Below are positions 1-15,000 of a stretch of DNA of 64,000 nt, piece after piece (the first letter of the stretch is position 1; each line of letters begins with the position of its first letter). Position numbers and translations under genes: made by a program. Source of the DNA: Squalus acanthias (lineage: Eukaryota); contig CM059432.1 in the NCBI GenBank assembly GCA_030390025.1, positions 147,190,001 through 147,254,000 of the forward strand. Reading direction: 5' to 3'. Under the pieces are notes generated by a model. That model did not search any database. It had not been told where the DNA came from and saw only the letters and a program-made list of their open reading frames with translations.

Positions 1-3000
1 ACTCCATCAACACTGCACTCCATCAACACTGTGTCCATCAACACTGCACTCCATCAACACTGCACTCCATCAACACAGCACTCCATCAACACAGCACTCC
101 ATCAACACTGCGTCCATCAACACTGTGTCCATCAACACTGCACTCCATCAACACTGCGTCCATCAACACTGCACTCCATCAACACTGTGTCCATCAACAC
201 AGCACTCCATCAACACTGTGTCCATCAACACTGCGTCCATCAACACAGCACTCCATCAACACTGTGTCCATCAACACAGCGTCCATCAACACTGCACTCC
301 ATCAACACTGCACTCCATCAACACAGCACTCCATCAACACAGCACTCCATCAACACAGCACTCCATCAACACTGCACTCCATCAACACTGCGTCCATCAA
401 CACTGCACTCCATCAACACAGCACTCCATCAACACTGCGTCCATCAACACTGTGTCCATCAACACAGCACTCCATCAACACAGCACTCCATCAACACAGC
501 ACTCCATCAACACAGCACTCCATCAACACAGCACTCCATCAACACTGCGTCCATCAACACTGCACTCCATCAACACTGCACTCCATCAACACAGCCTCCA
601 TCAACACTGCACTCCATCAACACAGCACTCCATCAACACAGCACTCCGTCAACACAGCACTCCATCAACACAGCACTCCATCAACACAGCACTCCATCAA
701 CACTGCACTCCATCAACACTGTGTCCATCAACACTGCACTCCCTCAACACTGCACTCCATCAACACTGCACTCCATCAACACTGCACTCCATCAAAACAG
801 CACTCCATCAACACTGCACTCCATCAACACTGCGTCCATCAACACTGCACTCCATCAACACTGCACTCCATCAACACAGCACTCCATCAACACTGCACTC
901 CATCAACACAGCACTCCATCAACACTGTGTCCATCAACGCTGCACTCCATCAACACAGCACTCCATCACCACAGCACTCCATCAACTCTGCACTCCATCA
1001 ACACTGCACTCCATCAACACTGCGTCCATCAACACTGCACTCCATCAACACTGCACTGCATCAACACTGCACTCCATCAACACTGCACTCCATCAACACT
1101 GCACTCCATCAACACTGCACTCCATCAACACTGTGTCCATCAACACTGCACTCCATCAACACTGCACTCCATCAACACAGCACTCCATCAACACTGCACT
1201 CCATCAACACTGCACTCCATCAACACTGCACTCCATCAACACTGCACTCCATCAACACAGCACTCCATCAACACTGCACTCCATCAACACTGCGTCCATC
1301 AACACTGCACTCCATCAACACTGCACTCCATCAACACAGCACTCCATCAACACTGCTCCATCAACACTGCACTCCATCAACACTGCTCCATCAACACTGC
1401 ACTCCATCAACACTGCACTCCATCAACACTGCACTCCATCAACACAGCACTCCATCAACACTGCACTCCATCAACACTGCACTCCATCAACACTGCACTC
1501 CATCAACACTGCACTCATCAACACTGCACTCCATCAACACTGCACTCCATCAACACTGCACTCCATCAACACTGCACTCCATCAACACTGCACTCCATCA
1601 ACACTGCACTCCATCAACACTGCGTCCATCAACACTGCACTCCATCAACACTGCACTCCATCAACACTGCACTCCATCAACACTGCACTCCATCAACACA
1701 GCACTCCATCAACACTGCACTCCATCAACACTGCGTCCATCAACACTGTGTCCATCAACACTGCACATCCATCAACACTGCACTCCATCAACACTGTGTC
1801 CATCTCACGCACTTCCATCAACACTGCACTCCATCAACTACTGCTCTCCATCAACACTGCACGCATGCTATCCATCAACACTGCACTCCATCAACACTGC
1901 ACTCCATCAACACTGGACCCATCAACACTGCACTCCATCAACACTGCACTCCATCAACACTGCACTCCATCAACACTGTTCCATCAACACTGCACTCCAT
2001 AAACACAGCACTCCATCAACACAGCACTCCATCAACACTGTTTCCATCAACACTGCACTCCATCAACACAGCACTACCATCAACACTGCACTCCATCACA
2101 CTGCTCCATCAACACCTGTGTCCATCACACTGCGTCCATCACACTGCACTCCATCACACTGCACTCCATCAACACTGGTCCATCAACACTGCACTCCATC
2201 AACACTGTGTCCATCAACACTGCAGTCCATCAACACAGCACTCCATCAACACTGCTGTCCATCATCACAGCGTCCATCAACACTGCACTCCATCAACACT
2301 GCACTCCATCAACACAGCACTCCATCAACACAGCACTCCATCAACACAGCACTCCATCAACACTGCACTCCATCAACACTGCGTCCATCAACACTGCACT
2401 CCATCAACACAGCACTCCATCAACACTGCGTCCATCAACACTGTGTCCATCAACACAGCACTCCATCAACACAGCACTCCATCAACACAGCACTCCATCA
2501 ACACAGCACTCCATCAACACTGCACTCCATCAACACTGCGTCCATCAACACTGCACTCCATCAACACTGCACTCCATCAACACAGCTCCATCAACACTGC
2601 ACTCCATCAACACAGCACTCCATCAACACAGCACTCCGTCAACACAGCACTCCATCAACACAGCACTCCATCAACACAGCACTCCATCAACACTGCACTC
2701 CATCAACACTGTGTCCATCAACACTGCACTCCCTCAACACTGCACTCCATCAACACTGCACTCCATCAACACTGCACTCCATCAAAACAGCACTCCATCA
2801 ACACTGCACTCCATCAACACTGCGTCCATCAACACTGCACTCCATCAACACTGCACTCCATCAACACTGCACTCCATCAACACTGCACTCCATCAACACA
2901 GCACTCCATCAACACTGTGTCCATCAACACTGCACTCCATCAACACTGCACTCCATCAACACTGCACTCCATCAACACTGCACTCCATCAACACTGCACT

Positions 3001-6000
3001 CCATCAACACAGCACTCCATCAACACTGCACTCCATCAACACTGCACTCCATCAACACTGCGTCCATCAACACTGCACTCCATCAACACTGCACTCCATC
3101 AACACTGCACTCCATCAACACTGCACTCCATCAACACTGCACTCCATCAACACTGCACTCCATCAACACTGCACTCCATCAACACTGCACTCCATCAACA
3201 CTGCGTCCATCAACACTGCACTCCATCAACACTGCACTCCATCAACACTGCACTCCATCAACACTGCACTCCATCAACACTGCACTCCATCAACACAGCA
3301 CTCCATCAACACTGCACTCCATCAACACTGTGTCCATCAACACTGCACTCCATCAACACAGCACTCCATCAACACAGCACTCCATCAACACTGCACTCCA
3401 TCAACACTGCACTCCATCAACACTGCGTCCATCAACACAGCACTCCATCAACACAGCACTCCATCAACACTGCACTCCATCAACAATGCACTCCATCAAC
3501 ACTGCGTCCATCAACACAGCACTCCATCAACACAGCACTCCATCAACACAGCACTCCATCAACACAGCACTCCATCAACACTGTGTCCATCAACACAGCA
3601 CTCCATCAACACTGCGTCCATCAACATGCACTCCATCAACACTGCACTGCATCAACACAGCACTCCATCAAAACTGCACTCCATCAACACTGCACTCCAT
3701 CAACACAGCACTCCATCAACACTGCACTCCATCAACACTGCGTCCATCAACACTGCACTCCATCAACACTGCACTCCATCAACACTGCACTCCATCAACA
3801 CTGCACTCCATCAACACTACACTCCATCAACACAGCACTCCATCAACACTGCACTCCATCAACACTGTGTCCATCAACACTGCACTCCATCAACACAGCA
3901 CTCCATCTACACAGCACTCCATCAACACTGCACTCCATCAACACTGCACTCCATCAACACTGCGTCCATCAACACAGCACTCCATCAACACAGCACTCCA
4001 TCAACACTGCACTCCATCAACAATGCACTCCATCAACACTGCGTCCATCAACACAGCACTCCATCAACACAGCACTCCATCAACACAGCACTCCATCAAC
4101 ACAGCACTCCATCAACACTGCACTCCATCAAAACTGCACTCCATCAACACTGCGTCCATCAACACTGCACTCCATCAACACTGTGTCCATCAACACTGCA
4201 CTCCATCAACACTGCACGCCATCAACACTGTGTCCATCAACACTGCACTCCAACAACACAGCACTCCATCAACACTGTGTCCATCAACACTGCACTCCAT
4301 CAACACTGCACTCCATCAACACTGCACTCCATCAACACTGCACTCCATCAACACTGTGTCCATCAACACTGCACTCCATCAACACAGCACTCCATCAACA
4401 CTGTGTCCATCAACACTGCACTCCATCAACACTGCACTCCATCAACACTGCACTCCATCAACACTGTGTCCATCAACACTGCACTCCATCAACACAGCAC
4501 TCCATCAACACAGCACTCCATCAACACTGTGTCCATCAACACTGCACTCCATCAACACAGCACTCCATCAACACAGCACTCCATCAACACTGCACTCCAT
4601 CAACACTGTGTCCATCAACACTGTGTCCATCAACACTGCACTCCCTCAACACTGCACTCCATCAACACTGCACTCCATCAACACTGCACTCCATCAACAC
4701 TGCACTCCATCAACACAGCACTCCATCAACACTGCACTCCATCAACACATCACTCCATCAACACTGCACTCCATCAACACTGCGTCCATCAACACTGCAC
4801 TCCATCAACACTGCACTCCATCAACACAGCACTCCATCAACACTGCACTCCATCAACACTGCACTCCATCAACACTGCACTCCATCAACACTGCACTCCA
4901 TCAACACTGCACTCCATCAACACTGCACTCCATCAACACTGCGTCCATCAACACTGCACTCCATCAACACTGCACTCCATCAACACAGCACTCCATCAAC
5001 ACTGCACTCCATCAACACAGCACTCCATCAACACTGCACTCCATCAACACTGTGTCCATCAACACAGCACTCCATCAACACAGCACTCCATCAACACAGC
5101 ACTCCATCAACACAGCACTCCATCAACACTGCACTCCATTAAAACTGCACTCCATCAACACTGCGTCCATCAACACTGCACTCCATCAACACTGTGTCCA
5201 TCAACACTGCACTCCATCAACACTGCACTCCATCAACACTGTGTCCATCAACACTGCACTCCAACAACACAGCACTCCATCAACACTGTGTCCATCAACA
5301 CTGCACTCCATCAACACTGCACTCCATCAACACTGTGTCCATCAGCACTGCACTCCATCAACACAGCACTCCATCAACACTGTGTCCATCAACACTGCAC
5401 TCCATCAACACTGCACTCCATCAACACTGCACTCCATCAACACTGCTCCATCAACACTGCACTCCATCAACACTGCACTCCATCAACACAGCACTCCATC
5501 AACACTGCTCTCCATCAACACTGCACTCCATCAACACTGCACTCCATCAACACTGTGTCCATCAACACTGCACTCCATCAACACTGCACTCCATCAACAC
5601 AGCACTCCATCAACACAGCACTCCATCAACACTGCGTCATCAACACTGCACTCCATCAACACTGTGTCCATCAACACTGCACTCCATCAACACTGCGTCC
5701 ATCAACACTGCACTCCATCAACACTGTGTCCATCAACACAGCACTCCATCAACACTGCACTCCATCAACACTGCGTCCATCAACACAGCACTCCATCAAC
5801 ACTGTGTCCATCAACACAGCGTCCATCAACACTGCACTCCATCAACACTGCACTCCATCAACACAGCACTCCATCAACACAGCACTCCATCAACACAGCA
5901 CTCCATCAACACTGCACTCCATCAACACTGCGTCCATCAACACTGCACTCCATCAACACAGCACTCCATCAACACTGCGTCCATCAACACTGTGTCCATC

Positions 6001-9000
6001 AACACAGCACTCCATCAACACAGCACTCCATCAACACAGCACTCCATCAACACTGCACTCCATCAACACTGCGTCCATCAACACTGCACTCCATCAACAC
6101 TGCACTCCATCAACACAGCCTCCATCAACACTGCACTCCATCAACACAGCACTCCATCAACACAGCACTCCGTCAACAGCACTCCATCAACACAGCACTC
6201 CATCAACACAGCACTCCATCAACACTGCACTCCATCAACACTGTGTCCATCAACACTGCACTCCCTCAACACTGCACTCCATCAACACTGCACTCCATCA
6301 ACACTGCACTCCATCAAAACAGCACTCCATCAACACTGCACTCCATCAACACTGCGTCCATCAACACTGCACTCCATCAACACTGCACTCCATCAACACA
6401 GCACTCCATCAACACTGCACTCCATCAACACTGCACTCCATCAACACTGCGTCCATCAACACTGCACTCCATCAACACTGCACTGCATCAACACAGCACT
6501 CCATCAACACTGCACTCCATCAACACTGCACTCCATCAACACTGCACTCCATCAACACTGCACTCCATCAACACTGTGTCCATCAACACTGCACTCCATC
6601 AACACAGCACTGCATCAACACAGCACTCCATCAACACTGCACTCCATCAACACTGCGTCCATCAACACAGCACTCCATCAACACAGCACTCCATCAACAC
6701 AGCACTCCATCAACACAGCACTCCATCAACACTGCACTCCATCAAAACTGCACTCCATCAACACTGCGTCCATCAACACTGCACTCCATCAACACTGTGT
6801 CCATCAACACTGCACTCCATCAACACTGCACTCCATCAACACTGTGTCCATCAACACTGCACTCCAACAACACAGCACTCCATCAACACTGTGTCCATCA
6901 ACACTGCACTCCATCAACACTGCACTCCATCAACACTGCACTCCATCAACACAGCACTCCATCAACACTGCACTCCATCAACACTGCACTCCATCAACAC
7001 TGCTGTCCATCAACACTGCACTCCATCAACACTGCACTCCATCAACACAGCACTCCATCAACACAGCACTCCATCAACACTGCACTCCATCAACACTGCA
7101 CTCCATCAACAGCTGCTGTCCATCAACACTGCACTCCATCAACACTGCACTCCATCAACACTGTGTCCATCAACACTGCACTCCATCAACACTGCACTCC
7201 ATCAACACAGCACTCCATCAACACAGCACTCCATCAACACTGCACTCCATCAACACTGCGTCCATCAACACTGCACTCCATCAACACTGTGTCCATCAAC
7301 ACTGCACTCCATCAACACTGCGTCCATCAACACTGCACTCCATCAACACTGTGTCCATCAACACAGCACTCCATCAACACTGCACTCCATCAACACTGCG
7401 TCCATCAACACAGCACTCCATCAACACTGTGTCCATCAACACCTGCGTCATCAACACTGTGTCATCAACACAGCACTCCATCAACACAGCACTCCATCAA
7501 CACAGCACTCCATCAACACAGCACTCCATCAACACTGCACTCCATCAACACTGTGTCCATCAACACTGCACTCCATCAACACTGCACTCCATCAACACTG
7601 CCTCCATCAACACTGCACTCCATCAACACTGCACTCCATCAACACAGCACTCCATCAACACTGCACTCCATCAACACTGCACTCCATCAACACTGCGTCC
7701 ATCAACACTGCACTCCATCAACACTGCACTCCATCAACACTGCACTCCATCAACACTGCACTCCATCAACACTGCACTCCATCAACACTGCACTCCATCA
7801 ACACTGCACTCCATCAACACTGCACTCCATCAACACTGCACTCCATCAACACTGCACTCCATCAACACTGCGTCCATCAACACTGCACTCCATCAACACT
7901 GCAACTCCATCAACACAGCACTCCATCAACACTGCACTCCATCAACACAGCACTCCATCAACACTGCACTCCATCAACACTGGCGTCCATCAACACAGCA
8001 CTCCATCAACACAGCACTCCATCAACACAGCACTCCATCAACACAGCACTCCATCAACACTGCACTCCATCAAAACTGCACTCCATCAACACTGCTCCAT
8101 CAACACTGCACTCCATCAACACTGTGTCCATCAACACTGCACTCCATCAACACTGCACTCCATCAACACTGTGTCCATCAACACTGCACTCCAACAACAC
8201 AGCACTCCATCAACACTGTGTCCATCAACACTGCACTCCATCAACACTGCACTCCATCAACACTGTGTCCATCAGCACTGCACTCCATCAACACAGCACT
8301 CCATCAACACTGTGTCCATCAACACTGCACTCCATCAACACTGCACTCCATCAACACTGCACTCCATCAACACTGTGTCCATCAACACTGCACTCCATCA
8401 ACACAGCACTCCATCAACACAGCACTCCATCAACACTGTGTCCATCAACACTGCACTCCATCAACACAGCACTCCATCAACACTGCACTCCATCAACACT
8501 GCACTCCATCAACACTGCACTCCATCAACACTGTGTCCATGAACACTGCACTCCATCAACACTGCACTCCATCAACACAGCACTCCATCAACACAGCACT
8601 CCATCAACACTGCGTCCATCAACACTGCACTCCATCAACACTGTGTCCATCAACACTGCACTCCATCAACACTGCGTCCATCAACACTGCACTCCATCAA
8701 CACTGTGTCCATCAACACAGCACTCCATCAACACTGCACTCCATCAACACTGCGTCCATCAACACAGCACTCCATCAACACTGTGTCCATCAACACAGCG
8801 TCCATCAACACTGCACTCCATCAACACTGCACTCCATCAACACAGCACTCCATCAACACAGCACTCCATCAACACAGCACTCCATCAACACTGCACTCCA
8901 TCAACACTGCGTCCATCAACACTGCACTCCATCAACGCAGCACTCCATCAACACTGTGTCCATCAACACAGCACTCCATCAACACAGCACTCCATCAACA

Positions 9001-12000
9001 CAGCACTCCATCAACACTGCACTCCATCAACACTGCGTCCATCAACACTGCACTCCATCAACACTGCACTCCATCAACACAGCCTCCATCAACACTGCAC
9101 TCCATCAACACAGCACTCCAACACAGCACTCCATCAACACAGCACTCCATCAACACTGCACTCCATCAACACTGTGTCCATCAACACTGCACTCCCTCAA
9201 CACTGCACTCCATCAACACTGCACTCCATCAACACTGCACTCCATCAAAACAGCACTCCATCAACACTGCACTCCATCAACACTGCGTCCATCAACACTG
9301 CACTCCATCAACACTGCACTCCATCAACACTGCACTCCATCAACACTGCACTCCATCAACACTGCACTCCATCAACACTGCGTCCATCAACACTGCACTC
9401 CATCAACACTGCACTGCATCAACACAGCACTCCATCAACACTGCACTCCATCAACACTGCACTCCATCAACACTGCACTCATCAACACTGCACTCCATCA
9501 ACACTGCGTCCATCAACACTGCACTCCATCAACACAGCACTCCATCAACACAGCACTCCATCAACACAGCACTCCATCAACACTGCACTCCATCAACACT
9601 GCACTCCATCAACACAGCACTCCATCAACACAGCACTCCATCAACACAGCCTCCATCAACACTGCACTCCATCAACACAGCACTCCATCAACACTGCACT
9701 CCATCAACACAGCAACAACTGTCCATCAACACAGCACTCCATCAACACTGCACTCCATCAACACTGCACTCCATCAACACTGCACTCCATCAACACTGCG
9801 TCCATCAACACTGCACTCCATCAACACTGCACTCCATCAACACTGCACTCATCAACACTGCACTCCATCAACCACTGAGTCCATCAACACTGCACTCCAT
9901 CAACACAGCACTCCATCAACACTGTGTCCATCAACACTGCACTCCATCAACACTGCACTCCATCAACACTGCACTCCATCAACACTGCTCTCCATCAACA
10001 CTGCACTCCATCAACACAGCACTCCATCAACACAGCACTCCATCAACACTGCACTCCATCAACACTGCACTCCATCAACACTGCACTCCATCAACACCGT
10101 GTCCATCAACACTGCACTCCATCAACACAGCACTCCATCAACACAGCACTCCATCAACACTGTGTCCATCAACACTGCACTCCATCAACACAGCACTCCA
10201 TCAACACAGCACTCCATCAACACTGCACTCCATCAACACTGCACTCCATCAACGCTGTGTCCATCAACACTGCACTCCATCAACACTGCACTCCATCAAC
10301 ACTGTGTCCATCAACACTGCACTCCATCAACACTGCACTCCATCAACACAGCACTCCATCAACACAGCACTCCATCAACACTGCACTCCATCAACACTGC
10401 GTCCATCAACACTGCACTCCATCAACACTGTGTCCATCAACACTGCACTCCATCAACACTGCGTCCATCAACACTGCACTCCATCAACACTGTGTCCATC
10501 AACACAGCACTCCATCAACACTGCACTCCATCAACACTGCGTCCATCAACACAGCACTCCATCAACACTGTGTCCATCAACACAGCGTCCATCAACACTG
10601 TGTCCATCAACACAGCACTCCATCAACACAGCACTCCATCAACACAGCACTCCATCAACACAGCACTCCATCAACACTGCACTCCATCAACACTGCGTCC
10701 ATCAACACTGCACTCCATCAACACTGCACTCCATCAACACAGCCTCCATCAACACTGCACTCCATCAACACAGCACTCCATCAACACAGCACTCCATCAA
10801 CACAGCACTCCATCAACACCGCACTCCATCAACACAGCACTCCATCAACACAGCACTCCATCAACACTGCACTCCATCAACACTGCACTCCATCAACACT
10901 GTGTCCATCAACACTGAACTCCCTCAACACTGCACTCCATCAACACTGCACAGCATCAACACTGCACTCCATCAACACTGCACTCCATCAAAACAGCACT
11001 CCATCAACACTGCAGTCCATCAACACTGCGTCCATCAACACTGCACTCCATCAACACTGCACTCCATCAACACAGCACTCTATCAACACTGCACTCCATC
11101 AACACTGCACTCCATCAACACTGCGTCCATCAACACTGCACTCCATCAACACTGCACTCCATCAACATTGCACTCCATCAACACAGCGTCCATCAACACT
11201 GCACTCCATCAAAACTGCGTCCATCAACACTGCACTCCATCAACACAGCACTCCATCAACACTGCACTCCATCAACACAGCACTCCATCAACATAGCACT
11301 CCATCAACACAGCACTCCATCAACACTGCGTCCATCAACACTGCACTCCATCAACACTGCACTCCATCAACACTGCACTCCATCAACACAGCACTCCATC
11401 AACACAGCACTCCATCAACACAGCACTCCATCAACACTGCACTCCATCAACACAGCACTCCATCAACATAGCACTCCATCAACACAGCACTCCATCAACA
11501 CTGCGTCCATCAACACTGCACTCCATCAACACTGCACTCCATCAACACTGCACTCCATCAACACTGCACTCCATCAACACAGCACTCCATCAACACTGCA
11601 CTCCATCAACACTGCACTCCATCAACACTGTGTCCATCAACACAGCACTCCATCAACACTGCAGTCCATCAACACTGCACTCCATCAACACAGCACTCCA
11701 TCAACACAGCGTCCATCAACACTGTGTCCATCAACACTGCACTCCATCAACACAGCACTCCATCAACACTGCACTCCATTAACACAGCGTCCATCAACAC
11801 TGTGTCCATCAACACAGCGTCCATCAACACTGCACTCCATCAACACAGCACTCCATCAACACAGCGTCCATCAACACTGTGTCCATCAACACTGCACTCC
11901 ATCAACACAGCACTCCATCAACACTGCACTCCATTAACACAGCGTCCATCAACACTGTGTCCATCAACACAGCGTCCATCAACACTGCACTCCATCAACA

Positions 12001-15000
12001 CTGCACTCCATCAACACTGCGTCCATCAACACTTTGTCCATTAACACTGCACTCCATCAACACAGCACTCCATCAACACAGCACTCCATCAACACTGCAC
12101 TCCATCAACACTGCACTCCATCAACACTGCGTCCATCAACACTGCACTCCATCAACACTGCACTGCATCAACACAGCACTCCATCAACACTGCACTCCAT
12201 CAACACTGCACTCCATCAACACTGCACTCCTTCAACACAGCACTCCATCAACACTGCACTCCATCAACACTGTGTCCATCAACACTGCACTCCATCAACA
12301 CAGCACTGCATCAACACAGCACTCCATCAACACTGCGTCCATCAACACAGCACTCCATCAACACAGCACTCCATCAACACAGCACTCCATCAACACAGCA
12401 CTCCATCAACACTGCACTCCATCAAAACTGCACTCCATCAACACTGCGTCCATCAACACTGCACTCCATCAACACTGTGTCCATCAACACTGCACTCCAT
12501 CAACACTGCACTCCATCAACACTGTGTCCATCAACACTGCACTCCAACAACACAGCACTCCATCAACACTGTGTCCATCAACACTGCACTCCATCAACAC
12601 TGCACTCCATCAACACTGTGTCCATCAGCACTGCACTCCATCAACACAGCACTCCATCAACACTGTGTCCATCAACTCTGCACTCCATCAACACTGCACT
12701 CCATCAACACTGCACTCCATCAACACCGTGTCCATCAACACTGCACTCCATCAACACAGCACTCCATCAACACAGCACTCCATCAACACTGTGTCCATCA
12801 ACACTGCACTCCATCAACACAGCACTCCATCAACACAGCACTCCATCAACACTGCACTCCATCAACACTGCACTCCATCAACACTGCACTCCATCAACAC
12901 CGTGTCCATCAACACTGCACTCCATCAACACAGCACTCCATCAACACAGCACTCCATCAACACTGTGTCCATCAACACTGCACTCCATCAACACAGCACT
13001 CCATCAACACTGCACTCCATCAACACTGCACTCCATCAACACTGTGTCCATCAACACTGCACTCCATCAACGCCGTGTCCATCAACACTGCACTCCATCA
13101 ACACTGCACTCCATCAACACTGTGTCCATCAACACTGCACTCCATCAACACTGCACTCCATCAACACAGCACTCCATCAACACAGCACTCCATCAACACT
13201 GCACTCCATCAACACTGCGTCCATCAACACTGCACTCCATCAACACTGTGTCCATCAACACTGCACTCCATCAACACTGCGTCCATCAACACTGCACTCC
13301 ATCAACACTGTGTCCATCAACACAGCACTCCATCAACACTGCACTCCATCAACACTGCACTCCATCAACACAGCACTCCATCAACACTGTGTCCATCAAC
13401 ACAGCGTCCATCAACACTGTGTCCATCAACACAGCACTCCATCAACACAGCACTCCATCAACACAGCACTCCATCAACACAGCACTCCATCAACACTGCG
13501 TCCATCAACACTGCACTCCATCAACACTGCACTCCATCAACACAGCCTCCATCAACACTGCACTCCATCAACACAGCACTCCATCAACACAGCACTCCAT
13601 CAACACAGCACTCCATCAACACCGCACTCCATCAACACAGCACTCCATCAACACAGCACTCCATCAACACTGCACACCATCAACACTGCACTCCATCAAC
13701 ACTGTGTCCATCAACACTGCACTCCCTCAACACTGCACTCCATCAACACTGCACTGCATCAACACTGCACTCCATCAACACTGCACTCCATCAAAACAGC
13801 ACTCCATCAACACTGCACTCCATCAACACTGCGTCCATAAACACTGCACTCCATCAACACTGCACTCCATCAACACAGCACTCCATCAACACTGCACTCC
13901 ATCAACACTGCACTCCATCAACACTGCGTCCATCAACACTGCACTCCATCAACACTGCACTCCATCAACACTGCACTCCATCAACACAGCGTCCATCAAC
14001 ACTGCACTCCATCAAAACTGCGTCCATCAACACTGCACTCCATCAACACAGCACTCCATCAACACTGCACTCCATCAACACAGCACTCCATCAACATAGC
14101 ACTCCATCAACACAGCACTCCATCAACACTGCGTCCATCAACACTGCACTCCATCAACACTGCACTCCATCAACACTGCACTCCATCAACACAGCACTCC
14201 ATCAACACAGCACTCCATCAACACAGCACTCCATCAACACTGCACTCCATCAACACAGCACTCCATCAACATAGCACTCCATCAACACAGCACTCCATCA
14301 ACACTGCGTCCATCAACACTGCACTCCATCAACACTGCACTCCATCAACACTGCACTCCATCAACACTGCACTCCATCAACACAGCACTCCATCAACACT
14401 GCACTCCATCAACACTGCACTCCATCAACACTGTGTCCATCAACACAGCACTCCATCAACACTGCACTCCATCAACACTGCACTCCATCAACACAGCACT
14501 CCATCAACACAGCGTCCATCAACACTGTGTCCATCAACACTGCACTCCATCAACACATCACTCCATCAACACTGCACTCCATTAACACAGCGTCCATCAA
14601 CACTGTGTCCATCAACACAGCGTCCATCAACACTGCACTCCTTCAACACTGCACTCCATCAACACTGCACTCCATCAACACTGCGTCCATCAACACTTTG
14701 TCCATTAACACTGCACTCCATCAACACAGCACTCCATCAACACTGCACTCCATCAACACTGCGTCCATCAACACTGCACTCCATCAACACTGCACTCCAT
14801 CAATACTGTGTCCATCAACACAGCACTCCAACAACACATCACTCCATCAACACTGCACTCCATCAACACTGCACTCCATCAACACTGCACTCCATCAACA
14901 CAGCACTCCATCAACACTGCACTCCATCAACACAGCACTCCATCAACACAGCACTCCATCAACACAGCACTCCATCAACACAGCACTCCATCAACACTGC

